Both the position numbers and the translations under genes were made by a program. Positions 1-14,334 of a stretch of 64,000 bases of DNA are shown here, piece by piece. A model generated the notes under the pieces. The model worked only from the letters and a program-made list of their open reading frames with translations. It did not search any database and was not told the DNA's origin. The stretch is from the NCBI GenBank assembly GCA_028534125.1, contig CM052818.1, positions 17,052,001 to 17,116,000 on the forward strand. Reading direction: 5' to 3'. The DNA is from Lama glama (Eukaryota). Within the stretch, counting starts at the first letter, position 1, and each line of letters starts with the position of its first letter.

Positions 1-384
1 ATTTTACATATGTTCAAAATAGTAGTTTTAAAGAATCTAAAGGCTCTTTGTAATGTTCTTTAATCATGTTTAATGCAACTTACTAGAATATATCTCAAAA
101 TTAAATAGAATATAACTTTGCTTTGCTTCTTCAAATCATTACCAATATCCTCCTTGGCATATAGTGCAAAGTAAACCCTTTTTACATGAGGGCTTTTTAC
201 TCACAAATGCTTGCCTATTTGATAGGGAATAAGAATAAAGTATCTAGTGATGGACCGTCCGTCTGTCTCCACCCTCCTTCTGAACTAAACCTGGATAGCT
301 TTCCAAATGCTTAACTCTTCTTATTTTTACAATGAAATCATTACTTTTGTTTTAGGACTGCATTGTTCAAAAGTATAATATTAT

Positions 385-770
385 AAAATATGATACACTC
401 ATACAATGAAATATTATTTGGAATATATTAAAAGAGTGATGTTCTGAATGAATCTGAAAGCATGACGTCAAATGAAGGAAGCCCATACAGAAGGCTGCAT
501 GTTATATGATTCCATTTGTAAGAAGCCTACAGGATAGGCGAACCATAGGGATAGAAAGTAAGTTGGTGGTTGCCAGGGGCTGGGGTGGGGGGGAGGTGAA
601 ACGAGGACTGGTTGCTAAGGAGCATGGATTTTCTTTTTGAGGTGATAAAAATATTCTGGAATTAGATGATGATGATATTTGCACAACTTTGTAAATATGA
701 TAAAAACCAGTGAAATGTATACTTTAAGGGGTAAATTATATGGTACCTGAATTGTATCTCATTAAAAAAG
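385..770 (+). mobile_element. L1M (L1MB/MC-like) 3' end fragment
   Basis: Typical L1M 3'UTR motifs: atatgattccattt, gtggttgccaggggctgggg, ttgcacaactttgtaaata, gaattgtatctca followed by an A-tail. Confidence 0.8.
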
Positions 771-1194
771 ACCTCAACTGGAAAAAAAAAAAGCAATATT
801 CACAGCAAAAGTGTGAGGTGCAACTGTTGTCCCTTAATTTGTGCCGGTCAGTAATTCATGATTCACTGTCGGCTGGATATCCCTGATAAAGGTATCAGGA
901 ATGCCCCCCCCCTTTGTCAAAGCCTCATACCATCTTAGTTCAAGTCAAATTTCTTGAATTGTTTGACTTCTCACTTCAAAATGTTCACCCATTTCCACCC
1001 CCTCACCTGGAGTACCATTCCGCAAATCTTCCAGATTTCAAATCTGCCATCCTTCAAGATGTCATCCAAGGTTTACCTTCTTTATGAAACGTATCTCAAC
1101 ACTTTTGAAATATCCTCTTCTTACAAATTCCCCTGGCCTATTACATGCCTCGTATCCTCCTTGCATTTTGGACATCTTATAAGACAGATCTCTG

Positions 1195-1280
1195 TCTAAT
1201 TCAACATTGTTTCCCTCATAGCAATTAATATAATGCCTGACACATAGTAAGTCTTTAATATGTTTCTTTAATTAATGATT
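1195..1280 (+). mobile_element. L2 3' end fragment
   Basis: atgcctgacacatagtaagtctttaatatg...ttaatga matches the L2 3' terminal motif. Confidence 0.6.
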
Positions 1281-3261
1281 TAATTATTTCCTTGGGGCTT
1301 CTGTGATTTATTTTGCGAACAACACATTCTAAAATGATGCTTGAGACTTAAGGCTTTGAAATGCACCAATTTAAAAAAATCTGTTCCCCCTGGAAAGTTT
1401 ATTTAGTCCTTTGTAAATGTACATACAGATCTTGATTCATGGAAGTGTTTCTTTGACAGTCTTGGGGATTGCATACGTATACATGCGTAAACAGGTATAA
1501 AGAGGGAATGTGGTTTTCAGAGAGCAGAACAAGACAGCATTGAGAAGGCGACGCACAGATGCAAGAACTCAGTGGCTGTCAGGGAGATCTCTGCAGGCAA
1601 CACCTGCAGCAGCATCCAAAAGTGCTTTGAAGGCTTGCAGTGGTTATTCTGCTGAATAACAGAATATCCACAGAGCCAAGGTCTGTGACCTTGAGCACAG
1701 CAGATCTTTTCTGCTGAATATGATCTTACTCCAAGTGAAGGCAAATTATTCTTCCCAGTCGCCAAGAAAACCTCAAAGCTTTCAAACCACTTTGCTCTAA
1801 GAGATGTCTCAAATCTGCTAGGGCAGCCCACAGAACACAAGGACCACAGGATGGACGTGAATTGCTTGGAAGCACAAAACTTTCCGTTTTGTACAGAATT
1901 CTGATGTGTCTAGGTTGTATGCCAAGTGAAAAAGGACTTTGACCTGAAGTAGGAAAGACTGACGGGCTGCTTCTGTGCCTTCCTTGAATCTGAGCTGGAA
2001 GAAGAAAGGGTTTGCTTCAGTGAAGAGAACCACGAGGCCTGCCAGGGTCGCCGATGCTCCATCCTGACCCACCTGCCCACTCTACCACTTCCCCTCCTCG
2101 CATCATTCAGAGAGTGTGCTTTTTAATGAGTCAGACAAGCAACAGCAAATGGGGGAGATGGGGAAGAAACTCTTTGTCTTCGAATTGAAATACATGGAAA
2201 GAAAACACAAGCAGGAATTTATGTGAAAGGCTTTTGTGAGGAGGCTTTTAGCCAGCAGTGTGGCGTGGTTAGAATCCTGAGCCGACTGTTCATTAAGGTA
2301 GAGCAGCAAGAGAAGCAAAGATCAGTCTTTTGTGCATTTGTCTATTAGAAGAAGGAAGAGGAGCTTAGAAACTTAAAATTTCAGCCTGTGGTGTACAGAC
2401 ATGTCAACCTCTTAAAGAAAGACAGGCCTGTCAAGGCGAAGTTGCTGGCGGATGGGTGTCGGCTCTTAGTAACTGTTTCAGGACTAGCTCTTGTTCTGCA
2501 TCTTTCTTTCTTTATCTGTTTATCCCAGCACTTCCTTCCTTGACTTTCTCCTCAGACTAGAACATCCTTGCTTTCCATGGCCACGGTTTTAGTTTCCACG
2601 GGCTTTTTATCAGCTTTAGGTTTTATTCTGACCAGCAGAGAAAGAGCAGTGTTCAAGTCAGTTCAAGACACAATGTTTGCCTTTGCATGTTTGCATTCAA
2701 TTTTTTCCAGAAATGCTTAAACCTCTTCTATTTGTGTAATGAGAGTTTTGGAGATTGGCTACAATTTTTAATTTAAAGAAACTGAAAACAATTGAATTCA
2801 GCTAAGTGGGGGTTTCTATGTGTTTGGGCAAATGTGATTGCCTGGATTGGTAGCCAAGATGCAGCTCTAGATTGCTTCTTAGATGATATTTCCTTCAGGA
2901 AGGGAAAGTGTCATATCAGCATCTGAATGGGTTGAAAATTAATTCATGTGGTTTTATATAAAGATGGAGCCATCTAAAGTAAACTGTGACTTAAAATCAG
3001 ACACTTTCAAAGGTCAGTCTGATAACGTACATAGAAGGGGAAAGAAGAAATGCACTTGTGTTCCCATTTTATGAGATTAAAATATGCCAGTTACTTATTA
3101 ATTACTCAAGTAGCATGCCAGTGTAAAGCAACACTGTACCCAGGCAGGTCATTATAGCTTAAAGAGCCACAGCATTTTGTCACATTATTATAACTAAATT
3201 AGCGCATTAATAGAGGCACAGTTGTTACACATTAAATGGATAGGTCATGTCTTTTTAAAAC

Positions 3262-3443
3262 CTTTGATTCTCCACCATGTCTGCTTGTTCGAATCACCTG
3301 AGAAACTTCTGAAAATGTCACTGCCCAGGCCATGCAATGGGCCAATTAAATAAGAATATTGAGGTGAGGGGCTGGGACTGAGGCATCGGCATTTCCAAGG
3401 CTCTTTAGGCGATTTCATCATGATGCAAAGTGGAGAACCACTG
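3262..3443. mobile_element. MER5A-like hAT-Charlie DNA transposon remnant
   Basis: gaatcacctgagaaactt...tgcccaggcc...aagtggagaaccactg. Confidence 0.7.
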
Positions 3444-4978
3444 TGAACATTAAACATTTTATTAAGTCACTTCAGCCTGATACACTTAATTAGCCAGTAG
3501 TTACTTCTTGTCAGTATAGTTACATATTCAATTTATGTTTATTTTTATTGTAAAATGATACAGATTTTTTCCACATCATGAGCAATATATCAATTTAAAA
3601 TAAAATGTGTTGTCTGTTTTTAAGAAGGAGTATTTGAACATTTAAGTCAAAGGCTTTCATTATAATACGATAAATCAAAATAAACTGCAAAATTAAAATT
3701 GTGATGTTGATAAGCTTAACATAATTAGTACAAGTATGGTAAGGTAGTAGAGATAATTAGTTCACTTTGAGATTATGCTGAGAAAAGTAATAATATTAAC
3801 TGATGATATGAAAACTATAAAGCTATAATTTTGCATATTTTGTCTCAGAGTTATGAAAACTAGGTTTCTGAGAAAGACATTAAATTAGAGTTGAGTGTCA
3901 TGATGAAAAAGCCAGACTGTCCTGTATTCTTCAGAATGAATGTTTTCTTCCCTCTGAAGCTGTGAAGGTGTCCATTCAAATCTATCTAAAATAGCATTAG
4001 ACATGTAGCAGAATGTAGTAGAAAGAACGTAGGATTCATTCAGAGATCCAAATTCTAGTCTGAGGTTTTTGCAAGCTAAGTGGTTTTTGCCAAGTCTCTT
4101 AAATTCCCTGGGCCTTACTTTTGTTATCTGTGAAATGAAAAAGCTGAATTAAATCATTGTTTTGTTTTTTTTTTCCAATTTGAGTAGCAAACCATTATTT
4201 TTATGAAATCAATTTAGAACAATTCCTATTTCTATAAAAGTAGAAGAGTGCATTGCAAGTACAAAGCTTATGTGTGGTGTATGAATCCTGGGTAACTGGG
4301 AAGAAATTTTCAAAAGACCTTGAATTAGAAGTTCTCTTTAACTTTTGTAGTTCTACAAACTGTTCATGAGAAAGGCAGGTAATATGGGGAATAGGGTGGA
4401 GGCAACTTATTTCAAGCATGGGATATAAATTATATCCCACATTCTTGCCACATAGTGTCAAGGCCAATGATCTTTAGAAAGAAAAGACTTGTTTCAATAG
4501 GGTATTTGGTTTATTCACAACAAGTAGAAAAGGGGGAACAAAAGCATTTACAGCTGGTGCATGTGGAAATGTGTCTTATCCTTGTGACCAGCAAACTCTC
4601 ACTGTGAGAAGTAAATGGATGTATTGTGAATTAGAGCTACTGATTCAAGAGGTGGTGTTATGCAGTCTGGCCAGAATGTTCTTTTACCAAATTACTTTCA
4701 AACTAAAAAGTGAGAATGTGCTCTGCTTTTTGATTGTTTTGTTTATATTTCACTATTTTATTGTACATTTTGTGCTTGTGGTTTATTAGGAAGTGGGTTC
4801 TTTCCATGGGGTGTAAGGGAAGGGAAGGCCTAGTACTTTACAAAAAGGTACATTGAGTTTCAAGATAAGCTGGTTATTGGAAATAACTAGGAAGTAAAAA
4901 AAATGATAATAACGTCTCAGGAGCACAACCCCAATCTCATTAAGTAGGACTTAAGGGACTGGGTGCTGGAAACATGCC

Positions 4979-5152
4979 TTTTTTTTCCTCTCTTTTTTTT
5001 TTTTTTTTTAATTTAGGTATAGCTGATGTACAATGTTATATAAGTTTCAGGTATACAAACTAGTGAGTCACAGTTTTAAGGGTGATTCTCCATTTATTTT
5101 TATTTATTGTTATTGTAAAATACTGGCTATCTTCGCTGTGTTGTACAATAAT
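4979..5152 (-). mobile_element. L1 3' end with poly(A) (poly-T on +), apparently inserted into a MER5-like element (~4920-5200)
   Basis: Poly-T then gtatagctgatgtacaatgttatataagtttcaggtatacaa...aaatactggctatcttcgctgtgttgtacaata. The flanks read as the two halves of a MER5-like sequence. Confidence 0.75.
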
Positions 5153-6829
5153 TTTTGAAGGTTTCTCTGGTGATTCTGAGAATAGGCTAGTCTCGGGACT
5201 CAGTATCTCATCTCAACTTCACCTGTGCCTGCCTATAGATGCCAGAGAAACTCTCATAACCTTTATGGGTCTCCTTTTTTCAGGTCCAAAATTTACATAT
5301 ATAGGATTCACTGAGATTTCTGATAAAGTTTCACAATTAAAATAGTCACAAATAAGCCAATGTTCTTTTTTTTTTTTAAAGGAGGCTAAGACATAAATTT
5401 ATATTATAGTTAAGACTGAAAAGGAAATTGTGATAATCTCTACATCCTAGGAAGGGTGTTCTTTTAACATTAGATCCCAGTACCAACTTGCTGACAATGT
5501 CAAATGTTAATCAGTGAGTAGGCTGCCCTCTCACAGTGATCCCCCCGCATGTCCCTGTTTATAATCCTGCCTATTCCCTCGCTCCAGTCATAGAAGTCTT
5601 ATCCGGGAGTAAATGTTTCTGACCAATGCAAACTGAGCTAATCAGATTTCATCCCCTTTGGGGAACTGAGCACTTGAATGGAATTACTTTGAGTCTGGGG
5701 TTCACTGTTGTTGAGTTACATGAGTGATACAACCCCACAGGAGACCAAAAACTCTGCTGTGAGGAGCTTAGGTCTTCCCCCTGCTCCTTTCTTTCTGAGA
5801 CTTGGTGGTTCAGTGATTCCTTCTATTCTGTAAGCTACTTCCAAAATCTCTCTGATAAATTCTGTGTGTTTGCACTTAGGCTAGAGCTCTGCTGGTATTG
5901 GGAAGGGAATAAGGTCTTAAGGACTCTATAGTACAGAGTAACTAACTTCTCTCCTATGTACCTAGAAAGGTGCTAATTGGGTACCACCCTTGGGAGACCT
6001 GAGAAAAAAGTATTGAGGTCAGATGAGAAACCTGGTCTGAGAAATGCTGAGCTAGACAATGTTGATTTATGATGCTTTCAACACAACTCTGAGAGCTGGG
6101 ATGTGGGGAGGTTATGGAAGAATCAGTATGTAATAATAATAATAATAATTCCGTAATAATTATATTGCTGATCCTCATTTTTTAAGAAATCTGCAGGTGT
6201 GGCATGACAGCATGACTATAGCCATTGTGCTGAAGTAACTCAGACTCATTTCCTCGCCCATGTGCATGTAGCACCAACCACCAAGTGGGGAACTGAACCC
6301 AGGAGTCCTAATTTCACACGAAGGGTTCTATCCAGAGGAAAACACTAGTCATTGTTGATTTATTCTTCTATGCTCCCATTGTTCAGATAAACATACTCCC
6401 GAGTTAATTCATATAAACTTATAGTAAGTAATACCAGCTTTCCCTTAAAATATTTTGGTATTGTAGGAATTTCATTTATATGGAAAAGTACCTGCAATTT
6501 GGGAGAAATCAAATTCATCAAACACATTCTTTTACCACCTCAGCATGTGTAGGGCCAGAAAGTCTGTTGAAAGTATCCTTCTCTAGACTAAGAAAGAAAA
6601 GTGAACAGACTAGAAAGTTTATTGCTGATGGAGTGTGAACAGAACACCGTCCTCGTTCCTTTATTTCCGTCAAAATTTAAGTCCTTGCAGTTTAAGAGGA
6701 GAAGTGGCTGTAGAAGCGCAGGGAGGCAGGTTGCTATGGAAAGTTCCTTGAAAAAGCAGCAGCCGCCAGAAACCTTTAAAGACATTTTCACTGGAGCCTG
6801 TTGTGTGATGTTGACAGCAGGATAGCAGT

Positions 6830-7060
6830 AGAGCTTGGCACAGAGTTGAGCCTTAGTAAATGTTTATTGAATGAATCAATGAAAGAGTGGCTCAGTAAAG
6901 CAGTAAAATCCTAGAACTGAAAGAAGCACTGGAGATCACTGAGTCCAGCTATGTCACTTTACCAGGGAGAAAATGAGGCCCAGAGAGGCCAAGTCGGGTG
7001 GCCAAGGGCAGAGAGCTGAAAAGTGGCCGAATGGAAGCCAGTGCTCAACTCTCCTGAGCC
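6830..7060. mobile_element. L2 3' tail followed by an antisense MIR fragment
   Basis: cttggcacagag...aaatgtttattgaatgaatcaatgaa, then gagaaaatgaggcccagagagg (MIR core, minus). Confidence 0.65.
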
Positions 7061-8141
7061 TTAGCCCAATGATTTTTCCCCTGTGAGAATGAAAAATATA
7101 AATAAAAAAGCACAGAAACCTCATGAAATCATTTTGCAAGACATCCAGGCACAAACCTTTTTTCAAAGGATAAGCCATCAGTGGAGACAGATTTTTTTTT
7201 TCCTTTCTTTATGCTATTTGTAATACTTCCATCTCTTTCTTACTCTATGAATCTTAATTAACCAAGTTTTTCCTAGAATTAGGATGCTGGGCACAGTGAT
7301 ATTCTGATTATTAAATGATTTGGTAAAAAGCTGATTTTTAAAAACTGCTGGTCAGTCCTTTAAAATATGGTAGTTATTTTAATAGTGATCATAATAATAA
7401 CCAACAGTTGATTGCCCACCATATGCCAGATACGACTTTATGTACATGATGAGGACAAAACTGCTCTCATAGAAAGCCCCTTGCAACAGAAGAATTTAAG
7501 TAACCCCCTATAAGTGATTCAGAAGAATTAAAGAAAACCTCTAAAAACTGGCTGGTTATCTCCCTCAGCACTTACTAGAAGACAGCAAAACTGATCTTTG
7601 ACCACTCCTCACATAATTCCTGCCTCCCTACCTCTCATCATCACCCTACCTTTCTTATCTCCCTAAGCATTGGGAATGGTCTGTGGGACAGAAGTTACTA
7701 GATCATAGGTCCTGTGAAAATGCACCATCCAAGGAGACATGTGCTTCCTTTGCCCAAGGTAATAGAGAACAGACTACTGTAGAAGCATGTGTAGTGCTTG
7801 TGTGAGGCTGCAAAAAAGAAATGTCTGCATTCTGCGTTCCTGATGCATGACACAGTCTGCATTAAACTTGCTGACGTGCTTTGGGCTTCTCTGAGAAGAG
7901 AAGGAGACTGCCACAGTGGAAAGAGATAGGAGGAGAGCCTACACTGTCAACATTTGGTGTGATCAGGATGCCCAAGGTTCTAGGGGTCAAACAGACACTT
8001 GGCTTATTCTGGGGCTTGAGCCATCTGGCCATCATTGTTCACAAGAAGGCCACTTGCTGGGCAGCTGGGCCAGGGGATCACGATAGCCAGATGCAATGTG
8101 TTAGAACCAGAGGATAAAACAGGTTGAACCAGATGAATCCA

Positions 8142-8165
8142 TCTCTCTCTCTCTCTCTCTCTCTC
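8142..8165. repeat. (TC)n microsatellite
   Basis: tctctctctctctctctctctctc. Confidence 0.9.
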
Positions 8166-8659
8166 ACATTATATTTGGAAAATGCACTGGGGAGGCACTA
8201 CAAGAACACTTAGGAGTCTGCAGTATGGAAGGCATCAGAGGTCAGTGAGGGTGAACCAGAGAAGCGGGTACAACCAACAGAAAGAGACCACAAGAATGAC
8301 CACTGTCCTTTTCTCTTCCTCTCCTTGGCTCCATTCCAATAAACTGGAAGGGCTGGGTTTTAAGGGAAGTGTTCAGTTCCTCTTTTTCCTTAACTCAGGC
8401 CATGAATTAAAGGATCAAATTTACGTCAAATCTTAGCTTAAATTTATAAATTAGCCTAAGTTTTTAATAACCCAAAGACCAGAAACTTAGTAATTCTGCC
8501 CAAGATGTTGTTAAGAGATGGGGAAAAGAAGAGTCAGCGAGTACATGTTTAAAATCAGTGACTAAATAAATATAATGGCCACATAAATAACTCTCTCGTG
8601 TTTATTTACCATGAGTATATCCCATGAGTTTTGAATCTAATAAACGTACTACACATACA

Positions 8660-9010
8660 TTATATTACTTCATCTTCACAGCCAACCTGTCCTGTAGCTC
8701 TTAGTGTTATTGCCGACATTTGCTGATGAGAAAACTGAGATTTTAAGATGATTGATAATGAAAGTATTTACAATGTGAGAGTGGGATCCAAACCCAGGTG
8801 TATATATGAGTCTATGGCCCTCGTTCCTCATTCCTGTGATCTATGACTTTATAGCTGTTGGTCTCCTAGTTGTCACTTTCATACATCCAACCTCCACAGA
8901 GAAGCCAGACTTACCTTTTTAAAATGTAAATCAAATCACGTCAGTCTCCAGCCTGCAATACTCCAATGGCTTCCCATTTTATTCCCATGGAATAAAATCC
9001 GAAGATTTGA
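8660..9010. mobile_element. MIR (minus) plus L2 (plus) fragments
   Basis: gatgagaaaactgag...ggatccaaacccagg (MIR), and tttaaaatgtaaatcaaatcacgtcagtctcc...ctccaatggcttccca (L2). Confidence 0.65.
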
Positions 9011-11039
9011 CCAAGATGATGCCTGAATGAGTATTATTTCCTTCTCAAGTCCAGCTTTGTTCCAGCTGCTTTGCATGTGTGACTTTTGGAGTCAATATGC
9101 TTTGCTTTAGGATCTAAGACATGCTGTTTTCCCGTTTTCCTTCTCGTCCCCTACTGCTGAGTGTGGTACTCTAAATTCCAAGTGTTCTTAGTTTGTACTG
9201 ATCTTAGTATCAATGAGAATTATCTATAAATGCAAAATATCTATAAATCTGCCAGAAAATCATTGTATTGCTATAATTTTATATAATATAATAGTATCTT
9301 CATTATATATACTTATATATAATTTATTATTCATTAATAGACACCCAAAGAAATCATAAGTCCATGTAGAGATTCTTTGTAAAGTCTGTGTTCACCAAGC
9401 TGTGTTTTTACTTTGCTTGCGTCACTGGTATCCTCCAGGTTAAAAGATGCTGGAGTCTAGTTGCCATCGATTCAGTTGTTGGGAGCTGAGCCCGAGGTGG
9501 GCTCAGAAATCGCAGTATTGCACACTTGGTAAATATTTGTTTGTGACTCCCTGTGTGTCATGATCTGTGCAGAACCGAATGATCATCAGCCCAGATAGGC
9601 ATGGAGTGGCCTGTTTGGTTCCCAGCACCTGCATTTATTTAAACAAATGCAAATTCATTGCACAATAGAAATGGAACATTGTTGTAGTGGAGTGTTGGGC
9701 TGTGTCCCATTTTTGAAAAATATGTTCAAGTTTAAGCTGCATTTTAGTTTTTGGTCACGAGTTAGAGACTCATTTCATAGCAATATCTGAGAAACAAGGA
9801 AGAGCGTGAGATTGGATAAAGAGGGCAAGAGTTACACATATTTTGATTCTACCTCATTAGTTATGTGACCACAGTGTGATCTGTTGAGCCCTCACTCTCT
9901 TCATCTAATAAGGGAAGACATTATGCTAAATAATAGCTAAGTCTTCCTTAGATTTCATTCTTAAAGATCTGAAGTATTTCATCATTAAGAGTGTGCCTCT
10001 TTTGGGTTATCTGATGGATGCTTGGCAGCTTATTTCTGGATTGTTTGTATTGAGGTGTATTTAAAGTGAGATAAAACCTTGAAGAATGAATATTTTATAA
10101 AGCTTTATTTCTTGCTGCGAACAATAGAAGTTAGCCTCAGAATTTCCATAGGTTGAATCACATTTTGGAATTTTGGAATAATTTACAACATTGCATCTGG
10201 GTAGAAAAATCTAAGGAAAGAGTGAACAATTCTCCCTTTAAAATAATGCTGTTTTTCCTTATAGTTATCAATCGATTGTTTTAGTTTCTTAATTACACAG
10301 GGTTATGGGCAAATAAAACTATACTGTTCTCTGTTACACTTCTTAGGGACTGAGGAATTATCCTGTTATGATTTTTAATAGGCAGACCTTTTCTGTTTTT
10401 CTAAACTTGTTTTATCTTTTAGTCAGAGACAGCCAGGCTTTTTATTTAATAATGTAAACGTCTAGTGTGTACCTTTGTTTAGTCAAGGATGTTTTTGGCA
10501 CGATATTCTTGTGTATTTGACTTCTAGAGCAATAAAACAAATGAAACAAATCTCTCACTCAGATGTCGGGTTTTGTTCATTTGGTTTTTCTTTCACATGT
10601 TGATTTTAGTTTCTGGTTTATGTTAAACACAGTCTTAGCATATATTTTAAGGTATAGTAAAACCTTATAAACCCTTGTGATTTGAGATTGTGTATATGAA
10701 AATCAAGGTAATCAAAAACCATAGTGTAGGGCAGATTCTTAGGAAAATGGCCTGACATTCTTCACATAAGTGGGGACAGTGGGACTTCTCTCTGCCCATA
10801 GACATCTTTGACCTTACAGAGTAGGGTCATTCTCTTGAAGATCTTTCACTTAGTAAAGAAGTTCAGTGAACGTTTAAGTTGTGGAACCATAGGGTCAATT
10901 TAATGAGATTATTATCCCATGTATAGGCAATGGGAAAGGGCATTGTCCTCAGACTCAATTTCTTTGTGAACTTGAGAAGTCCTTTAACCTTTCTTTGTCT
11001 GATATTCCTCTCTATGAAGTAGAAATCACTAATTCTTGC

Positions 11040-12080
11040 TGTTGAAAAGAATCCATTTGTTCAGTCTACCATCCAAAGATTGAACGCCTTCTGCCATATC
11101 CAGTTAAGTGATTCAGTTATGTTTAAGTCCTTTCCATGATGAGAAATTGGCTTTCTGTTGAACGGAATGTTCCACCTATGGATAAATACCTTAGAAAATC
11201 TTCATTATATTGAGATACATTTTTCCATAGCGTTCATGCTTCGATTCTGTTTACACCCCCGATTCCGTACAAAATGGAATTACTTTTCTAGGGGACTTCC
11301 TTCCAGATGTTTGAAGATGCTGTCATATATCCCCTGAATTTTTTTCTTTAGAGGGTTTTAGCATTACCTTAGATCATCTAGAAGACTTTTATCGTCTTAG
11401 CATATATCCAGACACATTTCAGCTTGTCTAAGTAGGAGTGTGATAACAGGCTTGATCTGACCAGCACTAAAGCACAAGACCATCCTGTCCCTCTTCTAAG
11501 AATTTTCATGAATGTAATCCATGCTCTCCTGGGCTTTTTTGAGTGCCTCCATCACACTACCGATTCCTGTTCTAAGTCTTCTAAAAATTTGGCTTTATTT
11601 GTTTTATCTGATATATCTGGGAAGTCATGTTTCCTGTATACTATTACTTGTTCAGTTGAGTGGTTTTAGACCTGAGAAGAGGACCCAGGTGTATTTCCAT
11701 CAAATTTAACTTCGTCAAAATCAGCTCATGCAGTCAGCATAACAAGAATTTATACAATTGGGAACTTTTTCATTGAACTTTCTTTCAGAAAAGTAGATGA
11801 ACCAGAACTGTGTATTTTTGTTTAAGTTATTGGAGGGGTGAAAATTGAATAGGACTAAAATCCAATGGCTTCCTATTATCTCTTCATCCAGTTGCATAGC
11901 AACATAAAGCAAATTCATACAGAATATTAGAAAAATACTCCAAGTTTTTGAACAGTTTATTTTTTTAATTGTTTTTCTAATTCTATCATAACATTTCTAT
12001 TGTGAGTGACAGACTCCCTTCGTCTTAACATTGATCTATTAATCAGCACCTTTAGAGAATGATCCTTCAATTATAATTAT
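11040..12080 (-). mobile_element. CR1/L3 LINE remnant
   Basis: ccttccagatgtttgaagatgctgtcatatatcccctg is the reverse complement of the L3 motif ggagacatgatagctgtcttcaaatatctgaagg. Further L3-like blocks occur at 11535-11710. Confidence 0.65.
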
Positions 12081-12344
12081 ATTCATGCAGCCTATATATT
12101 TTTTCTAAATCTTGTGAGGTTGCTCTGGAGAGCAAATGGTATTAAGGGATATTAGTATGCACTGAAAGTTTTTAAATGTTACTTAATTCATATTATTACT
12201 ATTGCTATTATCTTTGTTTTTACTAATAAAAGTAGCATTAATAGGAGTAATGTCTTGCTCATATCATCCTGTTAATCAGAAGGAAGATAATTTATCAGAT
12301 GAATTTGTTTTGTTCTCTGTCATCCAGATTATTTAAACTATTAT

Positions 12345-13140
12345 TTAAATTATTTTTGAAATGTAATATAAATACTAGAAAGTACACGTAAGTGTACACT
12401 CTAGATTTCTTTACACTCTGATCACACCCATAACTAACACCCAGATCAAGAATGAAACATTGCTAGCACCCAAAAAGTCCTCCTAACCCGTCCCCCCACC
12501 TTTATGTCTACCAAGGGTAGCCATTATCTTGACTTACAACAGTAGAGATTAGTTTTTTTTGTTTTAAAATTTTTTATATAAATGGAATCATAAGTATGTT
12601 CCCTTGTCTCTGGCATTTTAAAAACTCAATGTTATTGTTGAGTTTTATCTATATTTTTTCATGTAGTTGTAGGTCATATGTTCTCATTTCTGTTTAATAT
12701 TCCATTGTGTATCTGCACCCCCGTTTATTTACGCATTCTACTCTACTGTTGACTGGTTGGCATTTCAATACTGTTCAGTTTGAGGTTATTATGCTGCTGT
12801 AAATACTCTGATATGTCATTCTAGTGATCATTGTGTCCGTTTTGTTGAGTGTATTTTTACAAGGTGGGGGTTCCTGGGTCATGAGATAGGCAGATGTTTA
12901 CAAGACAGTGCCAAAAATGCAATTCTCACCAGTAGTATATAAGTTGCAGTTGCTGTACTTCCTAACACTTGGTACATTTTGTCTTCTTCATTTTATTTAT
13001 TGTAGTGGAGTTCATTGATACTTTATTGTGGTTTAGTTTGCATTTCTTTGAATGCTAATGAAGTTGAACATCTTTCCGTATGGATATTCTTTTGTTATGG
13101 ATAAAAGTGTCTGTTCAAGTATTTTCTAGTTGGCTTGTCT
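12345..13140 (-). mobile_element. Old L1M (L1MC/ME-like) 3' region
   Basis: cccagatcaagaatgaaacatt, tatataaatggaatcata, aatattccattgtgtat, tgcatttctttgaatgctaatgaagttgaaca. Confidence 0.8.
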
Positions 13141-14334
13141 AATGTTTCTTTTTCTTAATGAATATTGCTGTGGATCTAATTTCTTTTTTGACGTTTATTA
13201 CTTTAGAACATATTAGAAATGTACAAGATATTTGGTACATATTTTTAAATGGACGTAGACCTATTCTCTAAGTGTTCAACAGGAAAGCATAAATAACTCT
13301 TTACTGTGCTGCTTGATATTTGCATGTGACAGAGCACAAAACTTAATGACAAAGACCGTATGGTAACAGACAAAGAATTGAAGGAATCACAGTCCTCTAG
13401 TAGAAAATGGAATGATAAATGTATTTTCATATAGTATACCTATTCTTTCTTGAAAAAGAACATAGCAAAGATACTTTCCCTGCTTAGATTCATGTCTCAT
13501 TTACAGCATTTTGAGATAATTATATATATACAGAGTGAATTTTTCCAAAATTATGTGGTTGTATTTAATGCAAATTTTAATAATCTAAATTTGATATTAA
13601 ACAAAAGGAGAGATTTATTTTCATTTTCAAGTAATAGGAATATTATAGTGTGAAATGTCGTCAATACATGTATAACTTCAAAGATTTCCATCTAGTAAAC
13701 TGCAAACTCTGTTTACTATTTTTCCCTTTGGCTTTGCCACATTATATGGCAAACTAATCCTTTGTCAAGATTTATTTTGAATTATGCAGACTTGAAATGA
13801 CAGAAGGTCACTTGAATAAAATGCTACTGCCTTTTAACTAGACCAAACCGCCAGAAGCCCCTAAACTCTGTTCCTTAGAAGGGTAGTCGGAGGCTGAGCT
13901 CTAGTCCTGCTTCTGTTACTGACATAACTTCTGAATTTGACAGCCATTTAAACTCATGGGCATCACTTTCTTAATAATGTAAATTAAATGCTTGGGCTAG
14001 ACGAGGGCCTGTAGAACCCCCTTTGGCTCAGAGGCCTATTCTGAGTATCCAGGGGGGTGACAAGTTTGCAAATGTCGTCTTCCAGTGGCGGGTCTCACCG
14101 TATCTGATGTACGGGTATGGACATGAATCAGAATTCGCTTGACTACCTGTCCTCAAATGACGAGAACAGTGAGCAGAGAGAAATGAAGGTCATTGGGAAT
14201 GTTGTTTTTATTGATTATGGTAACCATTTTCTAAAGACTGATACCTTCATAATATGTGGCATTCCTGTGAGGTAGCACAATGCCAAATACTGATTGTCGC
14301 AGTTGGTCAATTTTCAGCTCGTTGGCACTCTTAT

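Noticed and set aside
575..597. G-rich G4-like run
   Set aside because: It is the ordinary G-rich tract of an L1 3'UTR.
843..899. Imperfect hairpin and CCTGATA-aagg-TATCAGG inverted repeat
   Set aside because: A 7-bp stem is expected by chance in 64 kb, and there are no miRNA- or snoRNA-like features.
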